From the NCBI RefSeq assembly GCF_000025925.1, contig NC_014033.1, positions 3,450,001-3,482,000 on the forward strand: 32,000 bases of DNA. Direction: 5' to 3'. The notes beneath the pieces were generated by a model, which saw only the letters and a program-made list of their open reading frames with translations, searched no databases and was not told where the DNA came from. The position numbers were made by a program, and so were the translations under genes. Below are positions 1 through 8,112 of this stretch, piece after piece (positions within the stretch are counted from its first letter, which is position 1; every line of letters starts with the position of its first letter). This stretch comes from Xylanibacter ruminicola 23 (GTDB lineage: Bacteria > Bacteroidota > Bacteroidia > Bacteroidales > Bacteroidaceae).

Positions 1-60
1 GTAGTTTTATCGTGTGTTTTGCTATCATTATCTTGAAATTAAGTACCAAAAGTTGTGTAA

Positions 61-145
61 TTTGTCCGACGACGTGTCGTTTTGTCCGACAGATTGTCTG
101 AAATGTCCGACGATTTGTCTGAAACCACCCGACTATTTGTCTAAA
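61..145. repeat. Four tandem ~21-nt repeats (consensus tgtccgac-gatttgtctgaaa)
   Basis: tgtccgac occurs at 63-70, 83-90 and 104-111, with cacccgac at 125-132. ttgtctgaaa occurs at 94-103 and 115-124, with ttgtctaaa at 136-144. The offset is a constant 21 nt (20 nt for the first unit). The array ends ~27 nt upstream of a -7 promoter box. Confidence 0.8.
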
Positions 146-171
146 CCCTTGTGGGAATGGATTTTTTGCCT

Positions 172-179
172 TACCTTTG
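172..179 (+). promoter_or_regulatory. Bacteroidetes -7 promoter box (TACCTTTG)
   Basis: Matches the TAnnTTTG consensus of Bacteroidetes sigma-A promoters. No credible ORF lies downstream before a strong terminator at 300-349. Confidence 0.5.
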
Positions 180-185
180 CAACCA

Positions 186-349
186 GAAAATTTAATCGCT
201 CTTTCTTTTTTTTAAGTAATAGATATAACCTAATGATCAATATCCTTTTGACAATGAAGTGCAGTGCGTAATGGAACGAAGCGTTAACTGCCAAACGTGC
301 CCCAGGCCAACTATCTCGCTAACGGATAGAAGGCCTGGGGCCTTTTTTT
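186..349 (+). ncRNA. Candidate small RNA (promoter to intrinsic terminator, no convincing ORF)
   Basis: Bounded by the -7 box at 172-179 and a long terminator hairpin. The overlapping 85-aa track ORF (14..271) starts upstream of the promoter and looks non-coding. The RNA family is not recognised. Confidence 0.3.
300..349 (+). terminator. Rho-independent terminator
   Basis: ccccaggcc (300-308) pairs with ggcctgggg (332-340). An inner stem pairs ctatc (311-315) with gatag (325-329). The hairpin is followed by cc + T7. Confidence 0.75.
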
Positions 350-401
350 GTATAAAACAAATTATTTTTGATTTTTTGTTTGGCGTATAAGAATAATGTT
401 G

Positions 402-409
402 TATATTTG
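402..409 (+). promoter_or_regulatory. -7 promoter box (TATATTTG) for the riboswitch/flavodoxin-like transcript
   Basis: TAnnTTTG match located ~90 nt upstream of the riboswitch core. Confidence 0.5.
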
Positions 410-434
410 CAACGTGATTCAAGAATGAGTCTAT

Positions 435-494
435 GTGAAAGTTGAGGCTACGCCTCGACATAACGTGAACGTTGAGGCATAGCCTCGACCTTCG
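435..494 (+). repeat. Two tandem 30-nt units, each an 8-bp hairpin, in the 5' leader
   Basis: The units are gtgaaagttgaggctacgcctcgacataac (435-464) and gtgaacgttgaggcatagcctcgaccttcg (465-494). In each unit gttgaggc pairs with gcctcgac across a 3-nt loop. Confidence 0.8.
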
Positions 495-496
495 CC

Positions 497-655
497 CGTA
501 AAGGTTCGCTTAGCCGCGATTAATTGGGAATGTGAGTGAGAATCTCCGACTGTCCCGCAGCAGTGAACTCCATTATGGCTCCTAAGCATCAATGCCATTG
601 CCCGTTTGGGTGAGAAGGCGCTTGGGAGTGGAGGAAAGTCTGAAGACCAGCCTTT
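497..655 (+). promoter_or_regulatory. Cobalamin (B12) riboswitch
   Basis: aattgggaatgtgagtgagaatctccgactgtcccgcagcagtgaa (522-567) matches the conserved core (GGGAA..GGUG.GAAUC....C.G.CCCGC.AC.GU.A). gccattg...gggtgagaaggcg (594-620) matches the GCCACUG...GGGAAGGC 3' element. gctcctaagc (578-587) can pair with gcttgggagt (620-629). The boundaries are approximate. Confidence 0.75.
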
Positions 656-716
656 TTCGGTATTTGCTAAATGCTCTCGATGTAAGGGCGTGAGGCGCAA
701 CTTAATTTTTGTGGGT

Positions 717-1112
717 ATGAAACATGAATCAATCGTCGTGGTATACGACAGTTGTCAGGCTATTGCAGAAGAAATAGCCGACAAGCTTGGCGCTGAAACT
801 ATCAGCGTACAGAGTATTAACAACAGGCAGATAGAAAACTGCCAGAGTTTTGTTCTTGCATTAGAGTTTATGGCTGATGGAAGTATGACTCCCCATTGGC
901 AGTGGGCTTGTCAAACGTTGCGTGGTGCTAGCCTAAGTGGAAAGAACTTTGCCGTGTTAGTGGCATTAGGTAACAAACTGAATCATGATGCAGATAAAAT
1001 TTGCCATGAACTGCGTGAACGCCATGCGCACATTGTTGGCGAACAGCTATATGCTGAAACGCCCCAATGCAATCTCGAAAATTGGATATGTTCTGTTTCA
1101 CCTAATTTATAA
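717..1112 (+). CDS. Flavodoxin-like protein, degenerate (lacks the canonical FMN phosphate-binding loop)
   Basis: It aligns by eye with the neighbouring true flavodoxin: IVVVYDS---CQAIAEEIADKLG against IVIYGSSTGTCEAIAEKIASKLG, and LRGASLSGKNFAV against LQGADLSGKTIAI. The S/T-x-T-G-x-T loop and the TSTWG tryptophan region are missing. The start is set at ATG 717 because the track ORF start at 606 lies inside the riboswitch. Confidence 0.7.
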   Translation: MKHESIVVVYDSCQAIAEEIADKLGAETISVQSINNRQIENCQSFVLALEFMADGSMTPHWQWACQTLRGASLSGKNFAVLVALGNKLNHDADKICHELRERHAHIVGEQLYAETPQCNLENWICSVSPNL

Positions 1113-1255
1113 TCAAATTACTATGGTATACATTTTAGTAGTAGCTTTGGAATTTTTGCTCGCAACCATTGGTGTAGCGTGTCTTATCAGACACTATAAC
1201 CACAAAGTTTAGTGGCTATATAGAAACAATGATTGTTAATTTATGCCGCAAAGAT

Positions 1256-1298
1256 GCGAAAAAAGAAAGGTGGCTGGTCGTCTCGACTAGCCACCTTT
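1256..1298 (-). terminator. Intrinsic terminator between convergent genes (strong for minus-strand fldA)
   Basis: ggtggctggtcg (1269-1280) pairs with cgactagccacc (1284-1295). On the minus strand the hairpin is followed by tttcttttttt. Confidence 0.7.
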
Positions 1299-1341
1299 AC
1301 CCTAACTAAACAAATACTTATTTATAAATTTACACCTGTGA

Positions 1342-1836
1342 TTAAAGACTTGGAGTAATAGCTGCCAACCAGGCATCGATACGTGTATCGGTCTGGTCGT
1401 CCTCATTGATGTCGTCGAGAGGCAGGCCAATAAACTTTCCGTCGATAACTGCTTCAGAATCGTCGAAAGTGTAACCATCGGTTTCAACGCTACCAATAAA
1501 GTTGGCACCGCTGTCTTTGATGCCGTTATAGAGCTCACCCATACCACCTACAAATGTATCACTATAGGTAGAACAGTCGCCACAACCAAAGATGGCGATA
1601 GTTTTTCCGCTCAGGTCGGCACCCTGTAAGGTCTTCAAACCGTCGTACCAATCGTCCTGCAGTTCGCCAGCTCCCCAGGTAGAGGTACCTAAGATCAGAT
1701 TCTGGTTTGCGGCAACGGTTTCGGCCGAAAGATCCTGTACATTCAAGGCTTCGCAACCCAGCTTCGAGGCTATCTTCTCTGCGATGGCCTCGCATGTTCC
1801 TGTAGAGGAACCATAAATTACAATAGTTGAATTCAT
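1342..1836 (-). CDS. fldA: Flavodoxin (long-chain)
   Basis: The N-terminal segment IVIYGSSTGTCEAIAEKI carries the FMN phosphate loop. The TSTWGAGELQDDW motif and the 164-aa length are typical of FldA. Confidence 0.9.
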   Translation of the reverse strand: MNSTIVIYGSSTGTCEAIAEKIASKLGCEALNVQDLSAETVAANQNLILGTSTWGAGELQDDWYDGLKTLQGADLSGKTIAIFGCGDCSTYSDTFVGGMGELYNGIKDSGANFIGSVETDGYTFDDSEAVIDGKFIGLPLDDINEDDQTDTRIDAWLAAITPSL

Positions 1837-1860
1837 TACTTTATATTATCATTATGTGGT

Positions 1861-2235
1861 TTAATTCTTACATTTGCAGTTTCCGTCGCATTGTCCTTTA
1901 CGTTTGCAATAGCGCTCGCACTGGGCACAGATGTCGTACCCCAACATAGCACCAAGAATAAAATCCTCTTCAGGTGTAAGTTGGTTCAACGGACGGGTAA
2001 CAATGAGTCGGATGGCATCCAGGCATTCGCGACGCCCAAAGTAAACGTTCAGGTTCTGCTGACCTGCAGGCTGCAGCACGTAGGGTATGCCTTGGCTTTC
2101 CAATCGTTCAACAGCCTGGTTACCATACTTTTTATTGCAGGTAAACAGTACCATCTGGCGCACGCCTTTATTCAGCTCGTAGATGTGGTTCATCAGTACT
2201 TTGAGTTCCGTTGGGATGTTTCTTTCTGTTCTCAT
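1861..2235 (-). CDS. DUF2023-like small protein with a Cys-rich C-terminal tail
   Basis: The start is set at ATG 2235 because a -7 box at 2260-2267 lies inside the longer track ORF. I recall DUF2023 proteins sitting next to fldA in Bacteroidales. The tail CAQCERYCKRKGQCDGNCKCKN has 6 Cys in 22 residues. Confidence 0.55.
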   Translation of the reverse strand: MRTERNIPTELKVLMNHIYELNKGVRQMVLFTCNKKYGNQAVERLESQGIPYVLQPAGQQNLNVYFGRRECLDAIRLIVTRPLNQLTPEEDFILGAMLGYDICAQCERYCKRKGQCDGNCKCKN

Positions 2236-2259
2236 TGTTATACTTTTAATTCGACGGTG

Positions 2260-2267
2260 CAAAGGTA
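2260..2267 (-). promoter_or_regulatory. -7 promoter box (TACCTTTG on the minus strand)
   Basis: The plus strand reads caaaggta. The surrounding ~45 nt resemble the promoter at 8035-8042 (see findings). Confidence 0.5.
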
Positions 2268-2374
2268 CGGCGAAAAAATAAAGTGCGCAATACCTAAAAC
2301 AGAGTGTTTTAAGCATCGCGCACCTTTCGGTGTTCAATAAAAAGAACTAATATAAAATAGGTATTGGAGTATCC

Positions 2375-3535
2375 TTAAGCGTACGAGTGCATGCCGCCTA
2401 AGAAGTAGTTTACACCAAAGTAAGTCATGAGGATGGTGAGGAATGCCAGAACCATATACACGTTGTGATTAAGTTTGATGCTACGATGGGCGGGGATGCC
2501 GTAAATCATCAGGGTGATGAGTGCCCAGGTTTCTTTGGGGTCCCACGACCAGTAGTTTCCCCACGAGATGTTGGCCCAGATGGCACCGATAAAGATACCA
2601 AAGCCTAAGAAGGTGAGTGCAGGGTAGAGCAGCATCTGCGACAGGTGTTGCATGCCTTGGCGATGCTTGGCAGAAATAATACCCACCAGACTGCTGAGGC
2701 AGGCAAACAACAATAGGGTGTAAGCCAGCATGATAGTTGCAATATGGATGGGCAGCAAACGCGAGTTGAGTACAGGCATGGGGTGGTTCTCAGGCGAGTA
2801 CTTATTCAAGAAGTGATACATCAGGAATAAGAAGCATGCCGCGATGCCAGCTGCAAAGATATTCAGTTGTCGGCGATGATTGCGCAGCAAAGCCAGCTGT
2901 TCGCGGAACCTGCCCTTAGGATCGATGAGTATCCAGATGAGCGATACAAACAGCAAGGCGTAACCACAGTAGGTTACGGGGATGCCCCATGGATCGTAAT
3001 TCAGCGACAGGATACTACCCTGCATATCTGCATCGTAGTCCATTTGATACAGGCGGATATTCCTATAACTGGCAATCTGATTCATTGAGATGGTAAAGGG
3101 CTTGCCATCGATGGTAACCTGCGAGATATAGTCGGATGGCATCTCTGTCCCCTCATAGAACTTTACGTCAAAATGCTCCAGACAGATGTTGAAAGGCAAC
3201 TGGTGGAGGTGCATGTCGCGTGTTAGGAATGTGTTGGTGGCTACGCCCTGACGTAAAGGTACTACACCTCTTACGGCGGTGAGATGCGTGAGCAGGGCAC
3301 CTGCCAGGATAACTACAAACGACAGGTGTAGCACCATTACCGATGGGCGACGCACCTTACGCTTGATGAGCCAGAATATGCTGATGGCTACTAACAAAGC
3401 CCATAAGGCCGAGAACCACCAGGCACCATAGATATTGTTGGATACATACTCTGTACCCTGATATTTCTCAAAAACCGTGGCGGCTGCCAGTACAGCAACC
3501 ACCACGATGTATAGAATGATTATACTTCGCTTCAT
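2375..3535 (-). CDS. ccsA: Cytochrome c biogenesis protein CcsA/ResC family (system II haem handling)
   Basis: It is polytopic and carries the W-rich haem-handling motif WGNYWSWDPKETWALITL, with conserved His residues nearby. Confidence 0.8.
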   Translation of the reverse strand: MKRSIIILYIVVVAVLAAATVFEKYQGTEYVSNNIYGAWWFSALWALLVAISIFWLIKRKVRRPSVMVLHLSFVVILAGALLTHLTAVRGVVPLRQGVATNTFLTRDMHLHQLPFNICLEHFDVKFYEGTEMPSDYISQVTIDGKPFTISMNQIASYRNIRLYQMDYDADMQGSILSLNYDPWGIPVTYCGYALLFVSLIWILIDPKGRFREQLALLRNHRRQLNIFAAGIAACFLFLMYHFLNKYSPENHPMPVLNSRLLPIHIATIMLAYTLLLFACLSSLVGIISAKHRQGMQHLSQMLLYPALTFLGFGIFIGAIWANISWGNYWSWDPKETWALITLMIYGIPAHRSIKLNHNVYMVLAFLTILMTYFGVNYFLGGMHSYA

Positions 3536-3565
3536 ATATAATAAAACGTAAATGGCGTGCGATTA

Positions 3566-5320
3566 TTATATTGACTCGATGAATTTTATTACAGCATCTC
3601 TATCGGCCTTAGGCAGATGATAGAATTTCTCTGTTGGTCCGTAAGCATCCGACTGCTTTGAATAACCATGCCACATGATAGCCTCAAGTACACTGCGGGC
3701 ACGGCAGTCGTGCAGACGATCGTTAGCACCTGTAAGCAACTGCGACAGTCCGCGACCCCACAATGGTGTGGTGCGGCACCAGCCAGTGCGGATGTCGTTC
3801 TTCATCATCAGGCGATGCTGAACCATATCGGTGTAAGGCCAGATGGTCTGGTTAGGATAGCGTGGCAGCATCTTGTTGGCATCCTTACCAATGCTCTTGG
3901 CATAAGCCTTGATGCTGGCATCTACCCACATATCGTCGTTGCCAGTCTTCCATGAAGGACGGTGGCAGCGGGCACAGCCAATCTGCGAGAACAGATCCTT
4001 ACCGCGCTGTACGGCTTCATCGTTCAGATTACGGGCAGCAGGCACAGCCAGAGCACGATGCCATACCATAAACTGATAGTACTGCTTGTCGCTCATCTCT
4101 TCCTTGCCATTATAAGGTGCACCGTTAAACAGGTACTTGTCGAAAGTCTCTTTCTTGGCAATCGACGAACAGCTCAGAATCTCGTTTACACGAGCCGCAA
4201 TACCTTCGTCGGTACCATCGGCATAGTAGGGGTGCAGAATGCTGAGTGGCGATTCACCATGCTCTTTGATATAGCTGATAACCTCCTTATCCTCGCTTTG
4301 TGCCTTTGCCCATGCTGGGGTGGTGTATAGGAAGTGACGGTCGCTACGGGTGACGTTGGTGATATTCCAGATAGCGTTAGAACCGGCACCATCCTGCAGC
4401 GAACCGCGAGTCATGGCATAGGTGAAGCGCTTAATCGGACCATGAGAGCCACGGAATGTGCCCAGATCGTTATAAGCAGCCGAATAGTAGGCAGACGCCT
4501 TGAAGGTGCCAGCCTCCTGATCCCACATGGCAGGGTTCAGTGTGGCATGCTTCGACTCGGCCAACCACTGTGCCTCGATATCCTCATCGCTGATGGCATC
4601 GAGCAGGCCTGTACCATAAACACCGATGGTTGACTCCAGTCGTACCTCGTAGTTGGTAGGCAGTGGGTTGGTGTTGAAGGCGGTCTGTGGGATTGTTACT
4701 TCAGGATAGATGAGGGCGTACTCCTCGCCATCTTCAAACTTCATGGGCAGTCCGCTCTCCATGGCTGTCACATTCTTCCAGTCGATGGTTATCTGATTTT
4801 CGTCGATAGGAGCCTTGAAGGGTGACATGGCCTGTGTCTGAGGCATACCTGTAACCTCGGTGATGTAGCCGTTGGTATCAGGATGATAAATCACCAGCAG
4901 ATAGCCGTTGCCAATCTGGTTGGCACGATATTCGGTCTGTCGCTTGCCGTGACCATAGCTGGGGTGGCAGGCGATACACGAGTTGCGCACCCATGCAGGA
5001 CCTAAGCCTTTACGTGGTTCCTGCTCAAAGGTGTAGAGCTTCTCAAAGAAACCTTCACCCGTATTGAAGTCTTCCTCCATGCCAGCGGCTATAGCAGCAG
5101 GAGTGATGGCCGAATAGCTGGCCTTCTCGGTGGTGCCGAGCTCACCGCCGGGGTACCATTCCTCGGCAGTAAAATTACCAGTAGCTTTTCCGAATGCTTG
5201 TTCTTCAGGTGTCAGAGGTCCCAGATCTGCAAAGTCGTTATTATCGGAACATGCTGTCAGCCCTGCGGCCGACAGCATTCCGAAACATACAACACATGTT
5301 AGTTTCGATATTTTCTCCAT
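3566..5320 (-). CDS. Di-haem cytochrome c peroxidase-like lipoprotein (DUF1111 / 'thiol oxidoreductase' family)
   Basis: The signal peptide has a lipobox (LTAC). There are two CxxCH haem motifs, CIACH and CARCH. The position directly downstream of an imelysin gene is typical of this family. Confidence 0.8.
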   Translation of the reverse strand: MEKISKLTCVVCFGMLSAAGLTACSDNNDFADLGPLTPEEQAFGKATGNFTAEEWYPGGELGTTEKASYSAITPAAIAAGMEEDFNTGEGFFEKLYTFEQEPRKGLGPAWVRNSCIACHPSYGHGKRQTEYRANQIGNGYLLVIYHPDTNGYITEVTGMPQTQAMSPFKAPIDENQITIDWKNVTAMESGLPMKFEDGEEYALIYPEVTIPQTAFNTNPLPTNYEVRLESTIGVYGTGLLDAISDEDIEAQWLAESKHATLNPAMWDQEAGTFKASAYYSAAYNDLGTFRGSHGPIKRFTYAMTRGSLQDGAGSNAIWNITNVTRSDRHFLYTTPAWAKAQSEDKEVISYIKEHGESPLSILHPYYADGTDEGIAARVNEILSCSSIAKKETFDKYLFNGAPYNGKEEMSDKQYYQFMVWHRALAVPAARNLNDEAVQRGKDLFSQIGCARCHRPSWKTGNDDMWVDASIKAYAKSIGKDANKMLPRYPNQTIWPYTDMVQHRLMMKNDIRTGWCRTTPLWGRGLSQLLTGANDRLHDCRARSVLEAIMWHGYSKQSDAYGPTEKFYHLPKADRDAVIKFIESI

Positions 5321-5352
5321 TAGTGTATTTGTTTAATTAATGTTCAGGTGTA

Positions 5353-6687
5353 TTACTCTCCAGATGTAGAGTCCCAGTTGTCGGGATCGTCGAAGTTCTT
5401 GCCCCATACCACGCTGCAATACTTAACGAATGGTGTTGGCATGTTGCTGATACCCTCGATAGCACCCACGTAGTTGCTTTCTACAGCGGTGTTCACCTTG
5501 TCGCTCTTTACGCTGGCAAAGAAGGTGTGGAAGCTGTACTCGTTAGCCTTCTTGTCGGTTGAACCCAGCCATACGTTACGGATACTGCGGATGTTATCGC
5601 GGAAGTCGGTGATTGAGTTGTAGCTGTAAGGCGACTCTACATAAGCGATGTCGCCTGCAGAGAATGGGTTGGCAATCTTGGCTGTACCTACCTCGTTACA
5701 GATAGCCAAGCATGAGCCTTCGTCGTTAATCAGTACCTGAGCAATGGCATCCTTCAGTGTGGGGAAGGTGCTCTTGCTGCCACTTACACCAGCCTGCTTC
5801 AGGTTCTCGCCATAAGAGAGACCTGCGGCGGTAGTCATATCCAGACCTGCGGCCTTAACTACTGCTACACGAGCGGCATTAGCTGCTGTCTCGCCCTCCC
5901 AGGCAACCTGCAACTGGAAGCAACGCTGCTTAAGCAGGGTGCAGATAGTCTGAGCGTAAGCCAGCTCCTGGGCACCAGTAATCTTCTCGAAGTTAGTGTA
6001 GGTATCGTTACCCTGCAACTCGGCTACCTTACGGTTCTGACCGTTACGGAACAGGATGAACTCCAAAGCGTGGAAGCCCAGGATGGTGGCATCCTCCAGC
6101 ATCTCGTCGTTCATGCCATTGTTAAAGTAGTTGAGCAGCAGACTGCGGTTCAAAGGCCATGAATCGATAGTTGGGTCGATATCGAAATCGCTGGCGGCAC
6201 CCATCAGGAATGCCTCAGAGCGCTCCCAGTTCTGGCGGGCCTGCTTAAAGTCGGCACAAGCCTTGTCAATCTGGGCCTGTGTAATGCTGTTTACGGTCAG
6301 ACCGTTCAGAGTCTTCTCCAAATCCTCAACATCATCAGCCAACTGTGTATAGGTAGGAACGATGACGTTACCAACCAGAGTCTCGAGTACCTTGCGCAGG
6401 TAAGCCTCTTGAGCCTCGCTCAGTTTTGCTGTAGCGATGGTGGTATTGGCATTTTCAAGCTCTGAAATCAGCGACAAACAGTTGTCGATAGCGTCCTGAC
6501 CGAAAGCCTTGCTGTTGTAGTTTGCAGCGGTGGTGTTCTGGGGATAGCTGTCCTCATCTACCAATGGTGTAGTGTTGATAACGTTGAACTCGTTACCGTT
6601 CTCTTCATTGTTGTTGTTACTTTCACTGCAGGCAGTGAACGCGAGTCCCATCATGAGGACCGACATTGCATAAGTAATTTTCTTCAT
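5353..6687 (-). CDS. Imelysin-family (peptidase M75-like / EfeO-like) lipoprotein
   Basis: The signal peptide has a lipobox (FTAC). The GFHALEFILF segment carries the imelysin HxxE signature. Size and operon context fit imelysin-type iron-uptake loci. Confidence 0.75.
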   Translation of the reverse strand: MKKITYAMSVLMMGLAFTACSESNNNNEENGNEFNVINTTPLVDEDSYPQNTTAANYNSKAFGQDAIDNCLSLISELENANTTIATAKLSEAQEAYLRKVLETLVGNVIVPTYTQLADDVEDLEKTLNGLTVNSITQAQIDKACADFKQARQNWERSEAFLMGAASDFDIDPTIDSWPLNRSLLLNYFNNGMNDEMLEDATILGFHALEFILFRNGQNRKVAELQGNDTYTNFEKITGAQELAYAQTICTLLKQRCFQLQVAWEGETAANAARVAVVKAAGLDMTTAAGLSYGENLKQAGVSGSKSTFPTLKDAIAQVLINDEGSCLAICNEVGTAKIANPFSAGDIAYVESPYSYNSITDFRDNIRSIRNVWLGSTDKKANEYSFHTFFASVKSDKVNTAVESNYVGAIEGISNMPTPFVKYCSVVWGKNFDDPDNWDSTSGE

Positions 6688-6720
6688 TGCTGTTATAATA
6701 ATTATGTGGTTATTTTCTTA

Positions 6721-8001
6721 TTAGAGGAAGAATCCTTCGTAAGCCACACCGATGTTAACTGATGGCTCGTTGTTGTATTTGCTCTTTAAGAAGCGCTTAG
6801 AGTACTCGGCCTTGATCACAATCTGCTTGATGGGGTGATAGTTCAGACCCACTGCCATGCGCTTAACGGCTGTGTAGTCGTAGCTGATGCCCTTGGTGTC
6901 GCTGGCGTAGGGATTGTAAGCCTCGTAACGTCCGAACAGATAAAGGCGCTCACCCTGCTGGCGCATGCTCTGTATCTGCGAGAAGATGTCGTAGCCAGCC
7001 TCGATACCCATGGCATAAGCATTGCCGCTTACAAAGGCAGAGTGCTTGTAAGGCGACTTAGAGTTCAAACGGTTGTACATGTACTTCAGCTCTTCAGCGT
7101 CGCCTAAGTAACCGTAGTCGGCCTGTCCGCGAACAATCCAGTTGTGGGCATTGTAGGTGAAGTCGATGGCACCAATGGCCACCTTACCCTGATAGGTGGC
7201 GCCTGTACCGTTGGCATCGTTAGGGTAGGTATTGCCGATGCTGTGACCGTAGTAGCCGCTCAGACCGATACGTAAACCAGGAATAGAGTAGTTGTCGATA
7301 CGCAGGGCTGCTGCATATTTGTTGGCTACATCAAACTCCATGGGTGACTTGTGACCTTTGTGAATCCAACCTACGTTGGTAAACTGGTCGGCATTCAAGC
7401 CGCCTAAGAACTGAGCCTCGTAGCGGAACTTGCCTGCACGGCCCCAGAACGATACGCCTGTCTGATGCCAGGTGCTGGGCATGATGGTGTTTTCGCCTTC
7501 GGGGCGATAAACAGTAAAGTAGCTCAGTGGCTCGTGGTGGGCATTGTTCAAACCTACGGGCACTACGATATGTCCGGCACGGATGTTAGCCCAAGGGGCA
7601 AACGACTTCTGCAGCCAGAACTGCTCCAGTTCTACCTCGCCGCCTTTCTCGGTTTCCTGTTCCCACTCACCGCCTTCTTCGTCTTCCTTCTCGTAGGCAA
7701 TACCTGCGCCGCCATGCTCAAACTCTATCTCGGTACCAAAACTCCAGCCTTTGCCAAAGTCGTAACCTAAATATATCACTGCATGGGGGATGTCAAGACG
7801 TCCGTGACTGGGATCGTTCTTATGTTCCTCGGGCTGACTGTAGCGACTCACGTGGTCGCTGTAATAATTTCGTGTAAAGTTTGCTTCGCCATAGCCACCA
7901 ACGCTCAAACGTGAGGTTTTGGTGCTATCTGCATTGTTCTTCTGTGCGCTGCCTGTTAAGCAGATCGCCATCATCATTAATGTATATATAAACCTTTTCA
8001 T
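6721..8001 (-). CDS. Outer-membrane beta-barrel (porin-like) protein of the imelysin locus
   Basis: The signal peptide is MKRFIYTLMMMAICLTGSAQ. The sequence has alternating aromatic/Gly-rich beta-strand character and an aromatic C-terminus (YEGFFL). The start is set at ATG 8001 because the -7 box at 8035-8042 excludes the 8037 start. Confidence 0.7.
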   Translation of the reverse strand: MKRFIYTLMMMAICLTGSAQKNNADSTKTSRLSVGGYGEANFTRNYYSDHVSRYSQPEEHKNDPSHGRLDIPHAVIYLGYDFGKGWSFGTEIEFEHGGAGIAYEKEDEEGGEWEQETEKGGEVELEQFWLQKSFAPWANIRAGHIVVPVGLNNAHHEPLSYFTVYRPEGENTIMPSTWHQTGVSFWGRAGKFRYEAQFLGGLNADQFTNVGWIHKGHKSPMEFDVANKYAAALRIDNYSIPGLRIGLSGYYGHSIGNTYPNDANGTGATYQGKVAIGAIDFTYNAHNWIVRGQADYGYLGDAEELKYMYNRLNSKSPYKHSAFVSGNAYAMGIEAGYDIFSQIQSMRQQGERLYLFGRYEAYNPYASDTKGISYDYTAVKRMAVGLNYHPIKQIVIKAEYSKRFLKSKYNNEPSVNIGVAYEGFFL

Positions 8002-8034
8002 AACCGAATTTAGTCTCTTAAACAAATCCGGGTG

Positions 8035-8042
8035 CAAAGGTA
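8035..8042 (-). promoter_or_regulatory. -7 promoter box (TACCTTTG on the minus strand) for the porin-imelysin operon
   Basis: The plus strand reads caaaggta, ~34 nt upstream of ATG 8001. Confidence 0.55.
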
Positions 8043-8112
8043 CGGCGATTAAGGCAATGTTACAATACCTAAAAAGTGTGAAAAAAGAAAGTGACCGCGT
8101 GTGCGGCCACCC

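Noticed and set aside
14-271. 85-aa plus-strand track ORF at the window start
   Set aside because: It runs through the 21-nt repeat array and across the -7 promoter box. It is Cys/Leu/Phe-rich with low-complexity composition, and no family was recognised. It is better explained as regulatory DNA plus an sRNA.
431-716. 89-aa minus-strand ORF, and the N-terminal extension (606-716) of the flavodoxin-like ORF
   Set aside because: Both lie on the cobalamin riboswitch and its leader hairpins. The extension starts at a TTG inside the aptamer, and ATG 717 gives a protein collinear with FldA.
985-1212. 75-aa plus-strand ORF overlapping the end of the flavodoxin-like gene
   Set aside because: It overlaps a better-supported CDS out of frame and runs into the intergenic AT-rich region. 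No motif was recognised.
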